From: Octopus vulgaris
Lineage: Eukaryota
Reading direction: 5' to 3'
Length of the DNA: 64,000 nucleotides
NCBI GenBank assembly: GCA_951406725.2
Contig: OX597818.1
Span: 121,148,001-121,212,000 of the forward strand
Part shown: positions 1-12,982 of the stretch, one piece after another
Position numbering within the stretch: position 1 is the first letter of the stretch
Layout of the letters: the number at the start of each line of letters is the position of its first letter
The notes under the pieces: generated by a model
Seen by the model: the letters and a program-made list of their open reading frames with translations, nothing else
Told to the model about the DNA's origin: nothing
Database searches by the model: none
Position numbers and translations under genes: made by a program

Positions 1-371
1 TAACTGAGCAAACCAACAATGACAGTTATTTATTTATTTGTTACAAGCGAAATTACATTCAGGACTACATTATCTGAGATTCTTTTTTAAGACAGCAGGG
101 AGTATATAACAGGAGAGAGATTTTGCTGCTATTTCTAGCAGGATGAGTTACCATCTAGGGACTTCTTTGTGCCATGTAAAAAGTATCCATGCTGGTGCCA
201 CATAAAATGCTCCCATGCTGGTGTCACATAAAAATGTAAATTGGTTGGCATTAAGAAGGGCATCCAGCTGTAGAAACCAAACTAAAACAGAGAAATGGAG
301 CCTGGTGTGGCTCTCTGGCTTACCAGCTCCTGTTGAACTATCCAACCCATGCCAGCATGGCAAGCAGATGT

Positions 372-500
372 TAAGTGGAATGTCTTCCAGCCTCTAGTTA
401 CTGTTAGTACCCCAGTTCCATACTCAGTACCAATTACATCAACTAAATAACAGAACATGTTCAGGCTGTCACGCTTCACCTCTCTATACAATTACCACTG
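372..500 (-). mobile_element. Decayed RTE RT remnant
   Basis: NMFCYLVDVIG...TVTRGWKTF aligns to DSFRYLGDQVS...RVRIAWAKF of the 19.5-kb LINE. Confidence 0.45.
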
Positions 501-1289
501 CGGCTTGGTGTGTATAGTGTAGTTCTCAGCTAGACAAAAACTACATGTTTGTGGGCACACTTAATCATTTAGTTGACTCTCTGTATGCTGTAGGTCAACT
601 CAGTCAAGGCCGACATAGACATACTCATGAAGGACTAGCAATTTTTAGTAAGCTTTTTTCTTGATTTCTTTATAGTTTAGACATCATAAGGATCAGTTTG
701 AGACAGAAAAGAGCCACAGACTCACTAAAGACAATACCATTACATATTACACTAACAAGCTTTAGCCATTTCATCTTCTCAAATTAATTACTATAAATTG
801 TTTCTGTTGTTTTACACTCTACTACTTTAACTTCACAAGATAATTTTTATCAATCATTTAACACTAGCAGAATAGGCTCAGAATAGGCTATTCTACTAAT
901 GCTCAACAATTTACTTTAAAATCTTAGCACTTAATTCATTTTTCTTTACTTCCCACTTCATTGCTAAATCTAATTGTCACAACTACATTCACTACCATCA
1001 TTTTACATGTTGGCATGGGTCAGATTAGATTTCACAGTCCAGGTCAGTTCTTAAGCAGAGCTACTGCCTTCACAATGGGTTGGATACCACATCTCATTTG
1101 TATATTGTTTCTACAACAGGACACCTTTCTTACAAACTTTGCTAGTTGCATTATATTGACATACCAGCACTAGAGAGGCTGACATGCCCCTAGTAAGAAT
1201 GAAAAATCCTTTGTACATGATGTTGTCTTCATTTATTCATTCATTCAACAGTAACAAAGGGATTGTCTCATTCCCAGCAGACAGAGGAG

Positions 1290-1358
1290 AGAGTGATGAA
1301 AGAGAATCAAAGGGAAAGAGTGATGAAAGAGAATCAAAGGGAAAGAGTGATAAAAGAG
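1290..1358. repeat. 27-bp purine-rich tandem repeat, ~2.5 units
   Basis: AGAGTGATGAAAGAGAATCAAAGGGAA. Confidence 0.85.
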
Positions 1359-1427
1359 TTTATGGAAGAGAACCAAGGTGACATGAGCGATAATACATTT
1401 GTATTCTGCATCCATTTGTATTCTGAT

Positions 1428-1761
1428 ACCAGTGCCGGTGGCACGTAAAAGAACCATCCAAATGTGGCCGTTGCCAGCGCCGCCTTGACTGGCATCCGTG
1501 CCGGTGGCATGTAAAAAGCACCAACTGATCGTTGCCAGTTTCACCGGGCACCTGTGCCAGTGGCATGTAAAAAGCACCCACTACACTCACGGAGTGGTTG
1601 GCGTTAGGAAGGGCATCCAGCTGTAGAAACACTGCCAGATCAGACTGGAGCCCGGTGCAGCCTCCTGGCTTCCCAGACCCTGGTCGAACCGTCCAACCCA
1701 TGCTAGCAGGGAAAGTGGACGTTAAACGATGATGATGATGATGATGTGATGATGATGATGA
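1428..1761 (+). mobile_element. Short copy of the RTE 3' UTR with (GAT)n tail
   Basis: Matches 22570-22920; further copies at 171-372, 1920-2166, 36700-36885, 51050-51230, 56472-56602 and 60095-60232. Confidence 0.85.
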
Positions 1762-2237
1762 TTCTGCTTTTGCTTTTCAATTACTTATGAACAGGACACT
1801 CAAATCTTTATGTCAACAAATGGTATATCTTTAGCAACAGATGATGTAAGATACAATTACATGGAAGACCCAGCTTATTGAGAAGAAGATGCATCAAGCC
1901 AGGTGAAATCATAGTCATGGCAGGTACTGGTGTCATGCAACTGGCACCTGTGCCGGTGGTGCGTAAAAAAGCCCATTACACTCTCACAGTGGTTGGCATT
2001 AGGAAGGGCATCCAACCTTAGAAACTATACCAAATCAGACTGGAGTTTGGTGCAGCCCCTCAGCTTATCAGCCCTGATTAAACTCTCCAACCCATGCCAG
2101 TATGGACAACAGACGCTAAATGATGATGATAATGATGACAATGATGATGATGATGATGTTGATGATAATGTAAACAATATTACAATATTATACAATACGA
2201 CATTATAAACAGTATTATGACATTATGAAGTATTTAC

Positions 2238-2424
2238 CTGCATCTGTAAAAGGCCATGGACCTTGAATAAAAGTGCAGTAGTATGAGAGAGAGGTTATCA
2301 GCAGTGCGTGCAGCAGACTTACAGAACGGCATGACCATTCATATGACTTGCTTCTCCAAAAGTAACACACGAAACAATAGAGACTTGTCCACAGAGATGA
2401 TGTCAGTACAACTTGAGTTAACAT
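2238..2424 (-). CDS. TLCD5: First visible coding exon of a TLC domain-containing protein 5 (TMEM136)-like gene; later exons lie left of the window
   Basis: Translates MLTQVVLTSSLWTSLYCFVCYFWRSKSYEWSCRSVSLLHALLITSLSYYCTFIQGPWPFTDA(G), matching the TMEM136 N-terminal signature SYEWSCR...GPWPFT. Acceptor TTCTTACTTTTCCAG precedes 2445; donor G|GTAAAT follows 2238. Confidence 0.85.
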
Positions 2425-2661
2425 ACCATTCGCTTGAAATGTTTCCTGGAAAAGTAAGAATATAATATTATTAGAAAACAAATTTTTATCTTCCTCTCTA
2501 CATTGAAATACATTCAGTTTGTCAAATATCATCATCTCAAATAGACGCTCAGCCCTTTCATGACAATATTTCTAATGAAATTCATTGTGTCAATTATGAA
2601 AATGCCTTGGAAGGATTAGTAAAATAATAAACTTTACTCATTAAGGATTAGTAAAATACAT

Positions 2662-3643
2662 TTCTGCTATAGGCACAAGGCCTGAAATTTTGGGGGAGGG
2701 GGGTCAGTTGATTAGATTGATCCCAGTATGCATTTGGTACTTAATTTATCGACCCCCAAAAGAAGAAAAGCAAAGTCGACCTTAGCAGAATTTGAACTCA
2801 GAACGTAAAAACAGACAAAATACCTATTTCTTTTCTACCCACAAGGGGCTAAACACAGAGAGGAAAAACAAGGACAGACAAACGGATTAAGTCAATTATA
2901 TCGACCCCCAGTGTTTAACTGGTACTTATTTAATCAACCCCGAAAGGATGAAAGGCAAAGTCGACCTTCACGGAATTTGAACTCAGAACGTAGCGGCAGA
3001 CAAAATACCGCTACGCATTTCGCACAGCGTGCTGTTTCTGCCAGCTTGCCACCTTTATTCTTTCCTTCTCTAGGCATACGGCCCAAAATTTTTGGGGAGG
3101 GGTCCAGTTGATTAGATTGACCCAAGTACACATCTGGTACTTAATTTATTGACCCCAAAAGGATGAAAGGCAAAGTCAACTACAGCGGAATTTGAACTCA
3201 GAACGTAAAGACTGGCAAAATACTGCTAAATATTTTGTCCGGTGTGCTAACGATTCTACCAGCTTGCCGCTTTAAGGATTAGTAAAATAATAAACTTATT
3301 ATGTTTGGAACATAACATTACAAAAGGTTCTTATGTAAAGATGGTAAGCATTAGATCACAGAACCATGAGCAGTCTCTGACAGGCTTGTAGCAAAAAGGT
3401 TAAATCATTTCTTATTTCTTTATTGCCCACAAGGGGCTAAACACAGAGGGGACAAACAAGGACAGACAAAGAGATTAAGTCGATTACATCGACCCCAGTG
3501 CATAACTGGCACTTAATTTATCGACCCCGAAAGGATGAAAGTCAAAGTCGACCTTGGTGGAATTTGAACTCAGAACGTCACAGCAAATGAAATACCACCA
3601 AGCATTTTGCCTGGCGTGCTAACGTTTCTGCCAGTTCGCCACC
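2662..3643 (-). mobile_element. Cluster of tRNA-derived SINE family A copies (dimer 2662-3053, 3062-3272, 3410-3643)
   Basis: Head GGCGGCGAGCTGGCAGAA, B-box GAGTTCAAATTCC, Meta-like core GCCTTTCATCCTTTCGGGGTCGATAAATTAAGTACCAG. Confidence 0.85.
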
Positions 3644-3848
3644 CTTAAATTATTTCTACTGATCTGTTCAGATAAAAAGAACATTGTTCATAGAGTAGTT
3701 GAGGAAGGGTATTTTCTCATCAAAATGATAGAAGAAGGAATGAATGAGACTTGTGGAAGATAGAAGCTGAAATGAATATAAAGTAGAAATATGGAAAAAG
3801 GGAAATTTACAGAAGCACAGCTCTAGAAGAGCTCATATTGCATATATA

Positions 3849-4123
3849 TCATCATCATCATCATTTAACGTCCGCTTTCCATGCTAGCATGGGTTGGACG
3901 GTTCAACTGGGGTCTAGCAAGCTCGAAGGCTGCACCAGGCCAGTCAGATCTGGCAGTGTTTCTACAGCTGGATGCCCTTCCTAACACCAACCACTCCGAG
4001 AGTGTAGTGGGTGATTTTATGTGCCACTGACACAGGTGCCAGACGAGGCTGGCAGACGGCCACGCTCGGATGGTGTTTTTATGTGCCACCGACACAGGTG
4101 CCAGACGGTGGCACATAAAAACA

Positions 4124-4125
<2 letters not shown>
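3849..4125 (-). mobile_element. Short copy of the RTE 3' UTR
   Basis: Matches 22660-22920. Confidence 0.85.
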
Positions 4126-4160
<35 letters not shown>

Positions 4161-4509
4161 ATTGGCTTCAGTCATTTAACTGCGGCCATGCTGGAGCAAT
4201 GCATTTAGTCGAACAGATCGGCCCCAGGATTTATTCTTTGTCAGCCTAATACTTATTCTATCAGTCTCTTTTGCCAAACCACTAAGTTACAGGGACATAA
4301 ACACACCAGCATCGGTTGTCAAGTAAAGGTAGGGGGAGGGGAACAAACCACACAACCATGCCTGTGCCTACATTTTAACTTTTAGCATAATTTATGCAGT
4401 CGGATATCATTTCAAACTTTACAGAATGAACTGGTTGCATTTCATCATGTACTACATGGGTTATCGTGTCTCCAAAAAGACAAAACTAAAAGTCCTCTTG
4501 CCACTACAT

Positions 4510-4709
4510 TTATTTCTTTATTGCTCACAGTGGGGCTACACATAGAGGGAACAAACAAGTAAAGACAAAGGGATTAAGTTGATTACATTGACCCCAATGC
4601 ATAACTGATACTTATTTGACCCCGAAAGGATGAAAGGCAAAGTCGACCTCGGCGGAATTTGAACTCAGAACATAACAGCAGATGAAATACTGCTAAGTAT
4701 TTTGCCTGG
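4510..4709 (-). mobile_element. SINE family A, head replaced by minisatellite
   Basis: Family core and tail present. Confidence 0.8.
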
Positions 4710-5430
4710 GTCATCTATCTGCCTCCTGTCTTAACTGTCTTCTGGAGTCATCTATCTGCCATCAGTCTTAACCTTCTTCCTGGTTCGTCTATCTGTCATT
4801 TGTCTTAACCATCTTCCTGGGTCATCTATCTGTCATCTGTCTTAACCATCTTCCTGGGTCATCTATCTGCCACCTGTCTTAACTGTCTTCTGGAGTCATC
4901 TATCTGCCATCAGTCTTAACCTTCTTCCTGGGTCGTCTATCTGTCATTTGTCTTAACCATCTTCCTGGGTCATCTATCTGTCATCTGTCTTAACCATCTT
5001 CCTGGGTCATCTATCTGTCATCTGTCTTAACCATTTTCCTGGGTCATCTATCTGCCACCTGTCTTAACTGTCTTCTGGAGTCATCTATCTGCCATCAGTC
5101 TTAACCTTCTTCCTGGGTCGTCTATCTGTCATCTGTCTTAACTGTCTTCCGGAGTCATCTATCTGCCACCTGTCTTAACTGTCTTCTGGAGTCATCTATC
5201 TGCCATCAGTCTTAACCTTCTTCCTGGGTCGTCTATCTGTCATAACTGTCTTCCGGGGTCATCTATCTGCCACCTGTCTTAACTGTCTTCTGGAGTCATC
5301 TATCTGCCATCAGTCTTAACCTTCTTCCTGGGTCGTCTATCTGTCATCTGTCTTAACTGTCTTCCGGGGTCATCTATCTGCCATCAGTTTTAACTGTCTT
5401 CCTGGGTTGTCTATCTACCATCTGTCTTAA
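4706..5430. repeat. 37-bp minisatellite, ~19-20 units
   Basis: Unit CTGGGTCATCTATCTGTCATCTGTCTTAACCATCTTC with recurring variants. Confidence 0.95.
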
Positions 5431-5488
5431 TCGTTTATGACAAGAATTTGTGACAAGACCAGAGACACCTTGCATATTTGCTTCAACA

Positions 5489-5722
5489 TTCTTATTTCTT
5501 TATTGCCCACAAGGGGCTAAACATAGAGGGGACAAACAAGGACAGACAAAGGGATTAAGTCGATTACATCGACTCCAGTGCGTAACTGGTACTTAATTTA
5601 TCGACCCCGAAAGGATGAAAGGCAAAAGCTGACCTCGGCGGAATTTGAACTCAGAACGTAACAGCAGACAAAATACCTCTAAGCATATCACCCGACGTGC
5701 TAACGTTTCTGCCAGCTCGCCT
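5489..5722 (-). mobile_element. SINE family A
   Basis: Head, core and tail present. Confidence 0.85.
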
Positions 5723-6199
5723 GGTAAAAGGTGAGACGTGAATGAGTTGGCCACTCTCAACAGTCTGCACAGTGTGTTGGATACATAAGCAGATTTTCTA
5801 TAAGGTATAAGAATATTCTAGAAAATTGACTCATGCAATGGCTTGACCCTGATTGGTTGTTTAATATACCAATCACATGAAATTATTGTGGTTTAGCTGT
5901 GGTCAGACTGGTTGCCCAATGGCTTGGTTTCAAATCACCGCAGACCATGCATTAACCACTATTCCTAGTCTTTCCTCCTCAGAACATCGTCTCTCTAGAA
6001 TCTCCTCCCAGTTCATATCTTTTTCTCGGGTGTCAAGTTACAATAGTCTGAATGGAACACAAACGGCATTAATCTCACCCATATCAGAGAGCCTGATAAG
6101 GTAATGGGCACTGCCCCTTCATCAACATCTAGCAAGTTAAATAAAGTGTGTGTGTCTGTGTGTGTGCGTGCGCATTTTTAAGAGTTTGTTTTCATTTAA

Positions 6200-8008
6200 A
6201 ATCTCCAGCGTCGTGTGAAAAAACGTAACTTAGTCATTTGATAAAATAAGTAGCGAAGTGAAATATGTAATACAATCGATGTGATTGACTAAAACCATAA
6301 AGGTGTTAGCCTTTGTATGACCCCAGTTCAGTGAATAAAACCAGTTATTGAGTAAATAAAAAAATAATTCCATACACACGCACGCATGCACGTGAATGTA
6401 CGACCCAAATATTACATAAGTAAACTTAGTTTTATGAATACACTACCCAGCTAAAAGTGGTAGTACGGGTGGTAGCTATTTTTGGATGGTTGTCTATTGC
6501 TGGGACGCACAAATACAGAAACATTGGGAGCGGCTATAAATTTCGGACTGTTAAATTTAATTTTCTACATGATGATACGCATCAAATCAACGCTATATCA
6601 GGGATGCAAACGTCTATATTAAAATTAATTAACAAGAAACAGTACCTGAACTAGTTACAAATCACCGAGTCTTCTATTTCCTGATTGCAGCAAGTTTCAA
6701 ATTATAAAAATACACCTATTTATAAAAGCGCCTAAACAACCCACCCTCGCTGCTTCATAATTGAATATTAAGGGGAACAACTCTAAAGGGACCTCTGAAA
6801 AATTCCATTACGACTCGCCCATAACAAACACACTTGTATATAAAACGATATATCTATATATTATATTCATTTCATTAAAGCCTGCAACACTGATTTAGTT
6901 ATTATTTCTATTTCTACCAGTATTTGTGGTTTCTGCTTTACCAATCCACATAACGCTGTACCTAAGTTGAGCAAACGAGACATCTTGACGCAGTCTCTAA
7001 GTCTGGTAAAAAATAGCAGCCACACCCTACCTTTAGGCTGTGCAATCGTACATACACTATGTCTGTATGGACACGGATGAAATGAATTTTGATCTGAAGT
7101 TTATTCGACCAGAACTGACTTAGGCTATGCACTAACAATGTAGTGCACAGAGAAATTCCTGGCCACATGAATATGTTGGATGACAAGAAATTGTGTGGTT
7201 AAGAGGTTTGTTTTATAACTATATGATTCCGTGTTCAATCTCATTGCACTGTACCTTGGTGTTGGATAACCAATATCTTGTGACTACAATGTTGTAGACA
7301 AAAAGGTGTGCAGTGCAGAGGTCCATCGGATATATAATCTCCAACTCTGAGATGCATAAACAGAACCTTCACTCACATAATACACATCTAACTTCGTGTA
7401 CAAACGATGCCCTGACCAAAATTACAGTTCCGCTTAATTCATTCCGTGATCAGTTAATAAAAAGCTGAATGTTCACAAAGGGTCGTGATCATTTACAGAC
7501 ATACTGACCTCTGGCTAGTGTATATAACATTATTAGTAGACTGTCATTAACGATCTGTATGTTTAGCATTTTCAATAAAGAAGAAAAGATTATCGATTGA
7601 TTTGAAATAAGACGCGAGTAAGAAATAACAAAGAACTGTATAGCTGCTACTATACACTCGCTACATTACATAGAGAGACGGACGGACATGCGGCTCTTAC
7701 TGTTATTACACTAGTATTCGGTGTTGAAGAAGCGTGGGTTTTTGTTAATTTAGCCATCTCATTCGTATGAATATAGAAGAAGCAATCCTCGTCGAATGGG
7801 AAAACGAAATTAATGACAGCGAGCTTGTATGTAAACAAAGTTGTTAAAATTGAATGATCACAAGTTTGCGACCGATAAGATTCAAGTCCCTCTTTTAATT
7901 TGCTAAACTGCAGATAGTAACATTTCGCTTTCTTTAATTATTTCTAATTAAAGAATTTTTTTTTTTTTTTTAGTAGCCGGTATGACAAACAAGCTACACC
8001 CCCCTCTC

Positions 8009-8053
<45 letters not shown>

Positions 8054-8750
8054 CTCTCCATGGCGTGTGTGTGTGTGTGTGTGAATAGGCTAGTCCCGAA
8101 ATAATTCTGCAACAAAAATGAACAATGCAAAACCACTGAAGTTTCTTCTAACACAACAAACTATGCAGTCGTAACAACGATGAAGACAAAAAATTCTTTC
8201 GCCGGTCGTCAAACAAAATGATACTAGCATGTTTTACAAAATGAAAGTGGAGCGCTATACTCAACGATCGTCCATACGCCCGAAAAGGGCGTGATGATCA
8301 CGGTTAGAACGCCTTTCTTCATGGGCCAGTTAACTTTGCATTAAATAATAACACTCAAAAATATTATTACACCAGAGAGCAAATATTGAAAGAGAAATTT
8401 TAGTTACCGATAGTGTACTTATAAAAATATGGATCAGTTCCGCGCCGAACAGGATCGCTGCGTTAGCATGACTTAACAGGGTGGACTTCCTTGTTGATAG
8501 AGACAGCAGCGAAAATCGTTAAAGGGTGGAGTCTATCGCTGGGTACACACCAAATGGGTGTGGGACGACTTCCTTAGAGATTCTGTCTGCAGTGAAGGCC
8601 GTTCGTGTCGTTTATTCGTTGAAATATAGCTAATATGTGTTTGTAAACACTGCGGTAGTAGTTATAGGTTAGAAATAAGGAAAGAAGAGCACACAGACAT
8701 TACGTCATCGATTTAGGTTATGGGTTCGTCCCATATTTTTTTTTTGTGTG
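6200..8750. promoter_or_regulatory. Candidate promoter / 5' UTR region of TLCD5
   Basis: Mostly unique, CpG-retaining sequence upstream of the TLCD5 exon; candidate minus-strand donors CAG|GTACTG (6645) and TAG|GTACAG (6961). Confidence 0.3.
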
Positions 8751-8880
8751 TAATTCTTAGTTTTATAAAATTAAAGAAGCTTTAAAAAAATCGAAAAATC
8801 TACCATAAATTCCTTGCTGCTTTTTATATTTGCCTGCAGTCGGTAGCGGTGTTGTTATTTAGCTCCAGATCAATCAGAAA

Positions 8881-9140
8881 ATGCAGATTCAAAACGAACA
8901 TAGTCGACCCCTCATGCTTTATAATTTAAAATGGCAAAACAGCGGCGGAAACCCGCAGAAAGATATGCGCTGTGTTTGGAAACGATACTGTTACGAAACA
9001 CGTGTGCTAGAAGTGGTTTACAAGATGTCGATTGGGAAATTTTTCGGTTCAAAGTGCACCGTGCTCTGGCCATCCAACTGATGTCAACAGCGATACCAAA
9101 TCCCTTTATACAACCTAGATTATCGTAGATATTCCGCAAA
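8881..9140 (+). mobile_element. Mariner transposase N-terminal pseudogene fragment
   Basis: MQIQNEHSRPLMLY/frameshift/GKTAAETRRKICAVFGNDTVTKHVC*KWFTRCRLGNFSVQSAPCSGHP, a Mos1-type paired HTH (WF..FR.G.F.L.D..RSGRP). Confidence 0.8.
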
Positions 9141-9316
9141 TATCCCGTGAGTTCCGACCTGAAACCTATGTTTCACTCTCGGCGCATTCACACGAAATAT
9201 TTCATAACACACACTTGTATGACTCAAAGTAGCACGTAACAATAAACAACAATACAAAATTGGTGAACACAAAGTAACGGTTACACAAAATATTATCATA
9301 TGTTCGCAGACTATTA

Positions 9317-9521
9317 TATATTCCTTCACTACCCACAAGGGACTAAATACAAACAAGGACAAACAAACGGATTATATCGACCTCAGTGCGTAACTGGTAC
9401 TTAATTAATTAATGAAAGGCAAAGTCGACCTCGATAGAATTTGGACTCAGAACGTAACGGCAGACGAAATACGGCTACGCATTTCGCCCGGCGTGCTAAC
9501 GTTTCTGCCAGCTCGCCGCCT
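9317..9521 (-). mobile_element. SINE family A
   Basis: TTCGCAGACTATTATA duplicated on both flanks. Confidence 0.85.
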
Positions 9522-9661
9522 TAATTCGCAGACTATTATAATTAACACGTGGTTTATTTTAATGAGACATAAGTTTGTTGCCATTAAAATGTTATTGAGT
9601 ATTTTGTTATTTTCACAATAAAATAAAAGTAATGATACTTGTGTAAAAAAAAGAAAAAATT

Positions 9662-10386
9662 GGTTAATGTTTACATCTTGACCCGGAAATGAAAATCCCC
9701 CCAAAACACTGTAATGGGTGTAAAACAATGTGTAGGAAACGAGTATGAAAAAAAAATGCGCTCAAAGCAAGGGAAAGGGTGGGGAGAAGACTTCGGAAAA
9801 TTCCCAAGATCCGAGCTTTTCCCTCATAACTTTTAGGAAAATGAGTTTTTTTCAATGAAATTTTATAGAAATACCTCTCAAACGGCATACATTACGATTA
9901 TAAAGAAATTTGTGGGGGAAAATCTTTTCCAAGGGGGTGGGGGAGAAGACTCACAAAATCCGAGTTTTTCCCTCATAACTGGGTTTTTTTTTTTCAATGA
10001 AATTTTATATAAATACCTTTGAAACTATAAAGTAATTTGTGGGGAAAATCTTGAGGTGTGGAGAGGACTTTCGGAAAATTCCCAAGATTTGAATTTTTCT
10101 TCGTTATATTCCGAAATCACTTTCAACTTTCTACAGATACCCTAGCGTAGTACTACACTACGTAGTGTTTTTTTTTACCCACATTCAATAATTTTTAATG
10201 TTTTGGGTCAGTTTTATTTCATTTTCAATTATTTTTACGCTTTTTTTAACCTTCATCGTTATTCTCTCCCTCTCTCTTTCTCTCTCTCTCTCTCCATGTA
10301 TATATATATATATATATATATATACATTTATACACACACATATATATATAATATATATATATATACATATATTGTATACATATATG

Positions 10387-10444
<58 letters not shown>

Positions 10445-10544
10445 CAGACAAATTTATACACACACATACACATATATACGCATATATATATACACACATA
10501 CACACATATATATACACACATATATGCACACACAAAAACACGCG

Positions 10545-10597
<53 letters not shown>

Positions 10598-10783
10598 CAG
10601 TTGTGAGGGAAAAACTTGGATCTTGTGAATTTTCCTAAGTCCTCTCCCCACTCTCCCGTTGCTTAGCGCGCAGTTTTTTTTGTTAATTTTTTTTTTTCAT
10701 ATTCGTTTCTTACACATTGTTTTATGTCCATTCCAGTATTTTGGGGGGATTTTCATTTCCAGGTCAAGATGTAAACATTAACG
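9662..10783. mobile_element. Non-autonomous DNA transposon with ~95-bp TIRs, subterminal repeats and internal microsatellites
   Basis: GTTAATGTTTACATCTTGACCCGGAAATGAAAATCCCCCCAAAA... mirrored at 10690-10782; no clear TSD. Confidence 0.75.
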
Positions 10784-10785
10784 CA

Positions 10786-11171
10786 TCTCTCTCTATATAA
10801 ACGGCAGTTTGTCTGTGCGTTTTCTGTGTGTCTGTTTTCTCGTACCCTCACTCTGACCACGGCTTTCAACCGATTCTGATGAAACTTGACACACACATAG
10901 CCCAATGTCATAATTCAAAACTAACGCAGCGAAAATTTTGAAAAGTTCCCCCAGTTCTGAAAAAAAACGATAAATTCGACATGGGGTCGAGAATCAGAAA
11001 CCCAAACCACAGACCGTCTAGGGGACGCAACTCCACCTTTTTTAACTCTCAAAAAAAAAATTTACCATCATTTTTTTTCCATTTTTTTGCTAATTTTTGG
11101 CTATAACTCTCTAAAAATGCTTTATAGTTATTTCCCTTACAAACCTGAGCAACGCCGGGCGATACTGCTAG
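10786..11171 (+). mobile_element. Non-autonomous Helitron-like element
   Basis: 5' TC(TCTCTCTATATAAA), 3' hairpin CCTGAGCAACGCCGGG then CTAG, inserted between A and T, no TSD. Confidence 0.75.
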
Positions 11172-11334
11172 TTTTGTTTAAATTAATCAAATTACGTTGG
11201 CTATTTATCTATATGTCTGTCTGTCTCTGTCTATGTGTATGTGTGCATGTATATGTGAGTGTGTATATGTATGTGTACATATATATATATGCCTATATGT
11301 GCGTGTGTGTATACATACTTATGTATATGCGTGG

Positions 11335-11709
11335 CACTCCGTCGGTTACGACGACGAGGGTTCCAGTTGATCCGATCAACGGAACTGCCTGCTCGTGAAA
11401 TTAACGTGCAAGTGGCTGAGCACTCCACAGACACGTGTACCCTTAACGTAGTTCTCGATGAGATTCAGCGTGGCACAGAGAGTGATAAGGCTGGCCCTTT
11501 GAAATACAGGTACAGCAGAAACAGGAAGAAAGAGTGAGAGAAAGTTGTGGTAAAAGTGTACAGCAGGGTTCGCCACCACCACTTGCCGGAGCCTCGTGGA
11601 ATTTTAGGTGTTTTCGCTCAATAAACACTCACAACGCCCGGTCTGGGGATCGGAACTGCGATACTACGACCGCGAGTCCGCTTCCCTAACCACTGGGCCA
11701 TTGCGCTTC
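11335..11709 (-). mobile_element. tRNA-derived SINE family C
   Basis: Head GCGCAATGGCCCAGTGGTTAGGG...GTTCCGATCCC; decayed relatives at 30120-30290, 33170-33340, 54505-54770 and 59340-59468. Confidence 0.75.
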
Positions 11710-12304
11710 CATACTTATGTATATACTGAATCTATCCATCTATCGGTGTGTGCATGTGTAATGAATGAACTAGAATGGTTTTATCCGTTATCAACATCAT
11801 CAATATGGATGAACCACTTAGCAATAATTTTCAGATACGAGAAAAATGCTGACGACGACGATATAAATATATATATATATATATGTATGTATGTATATAT
11901 TCTTGTGTCTGTGAAATCTTGTATCCCTGCCGTAAGTCTTTATTTCCACACACGCCAGATTGATTTAATTCGTCCTAATTCGAAAGACACCTGTTATTAT
12001 GTCCTGTTATTTGTATTTGTGTAACATTCTCCGTTTTTTTCCCGTCCTTGTTTTCGTTGACATTCGCTGCTTTATTTCAAGGAATCTAATGCTCTTAGCT
12101 TAGTTTTTCCTTGGGGCTGGCCAGATTGGAGCAATCTCGAGTGTAACCAGCCGAAATTGCAAAGATAATCTGGAACTCGACTGAAGAAAGAAAACTCCGA
12201 ATGACCCGTCCTTGTTTTCTTTGTATCGTCTATCTGGATGTTTTGTTGTCCCTTTTTTGTATCAACTGTCTGGATGTTTTGCGTTCTTGTCCCATTTTGT
12301 ATTT

Positions 12305-12339
<35 letters not shown>

Positions 12340-12696
12340 TCATACATATATATATAAATATGCATAAATACTTATATATACACTTAAATGTACATACATA
12401 TTTATGGATTTTATAGATTGCAAAATTACTATTCTTATAACTTTCTCACACCTTTATTTATATTTTATCTAATATAAATAATATAATGCATCTGATATTA
12501 TTAATAATAATTGATTATTGTGTATGCTTATAAATGAAAATATGTATGTACATTTAAGTGTATATATAAGTATTTATGTATATTTATATATGTATGCATT
12601 TGTATATGTATATGTATGAGTATTTAAATGTGTGTGTATTTTTTTATTTATTTTATATTTATATTTATTCATAGCTTAACCTTATGTACTTTATAT

Positions 12697-12826
12697 AAAA
12701 TCTCTGACGAAGCGTAGAGTAACAACCAAATACCTCAATTTATCTACTTATTACTTCAGTCTACTGGAGTAATAAAGGTAGAATGAGGTATTTTTGCCTC
12801 TTGGCTGAAACAGCTGTAAGTCATTT
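12697..12826 (+). ncRNA. Type I hammerhead ribozyme motif with very long stem II
   Basis: CTGACGA 12704-12710, AGC/GCT closing stem II, GAAA 12807-12810, palindromic ACAGCTGT, GUA site at 12818. Confidence 0.7.
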
Positions 12827-12982
12827 CCCCAATTAATATTCCTGTATGTTATATTTTAATAATTACTGGTATCTAATATATTTTTATATGTAAAGCATAA
12901 TATGTTATACATGTATGTATATTCTTGTAATTGTCATTTTAGTAAATAAATAAATAAGTTGGTATAATATGTTGGTATAATA

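Noticed and set aside
4706-5430. CRISPR-like array (37-bp periodicity)
   Set aside because: Units are contiguous with no unique spacers, there are no cas genes, and the context is eukaryotic.
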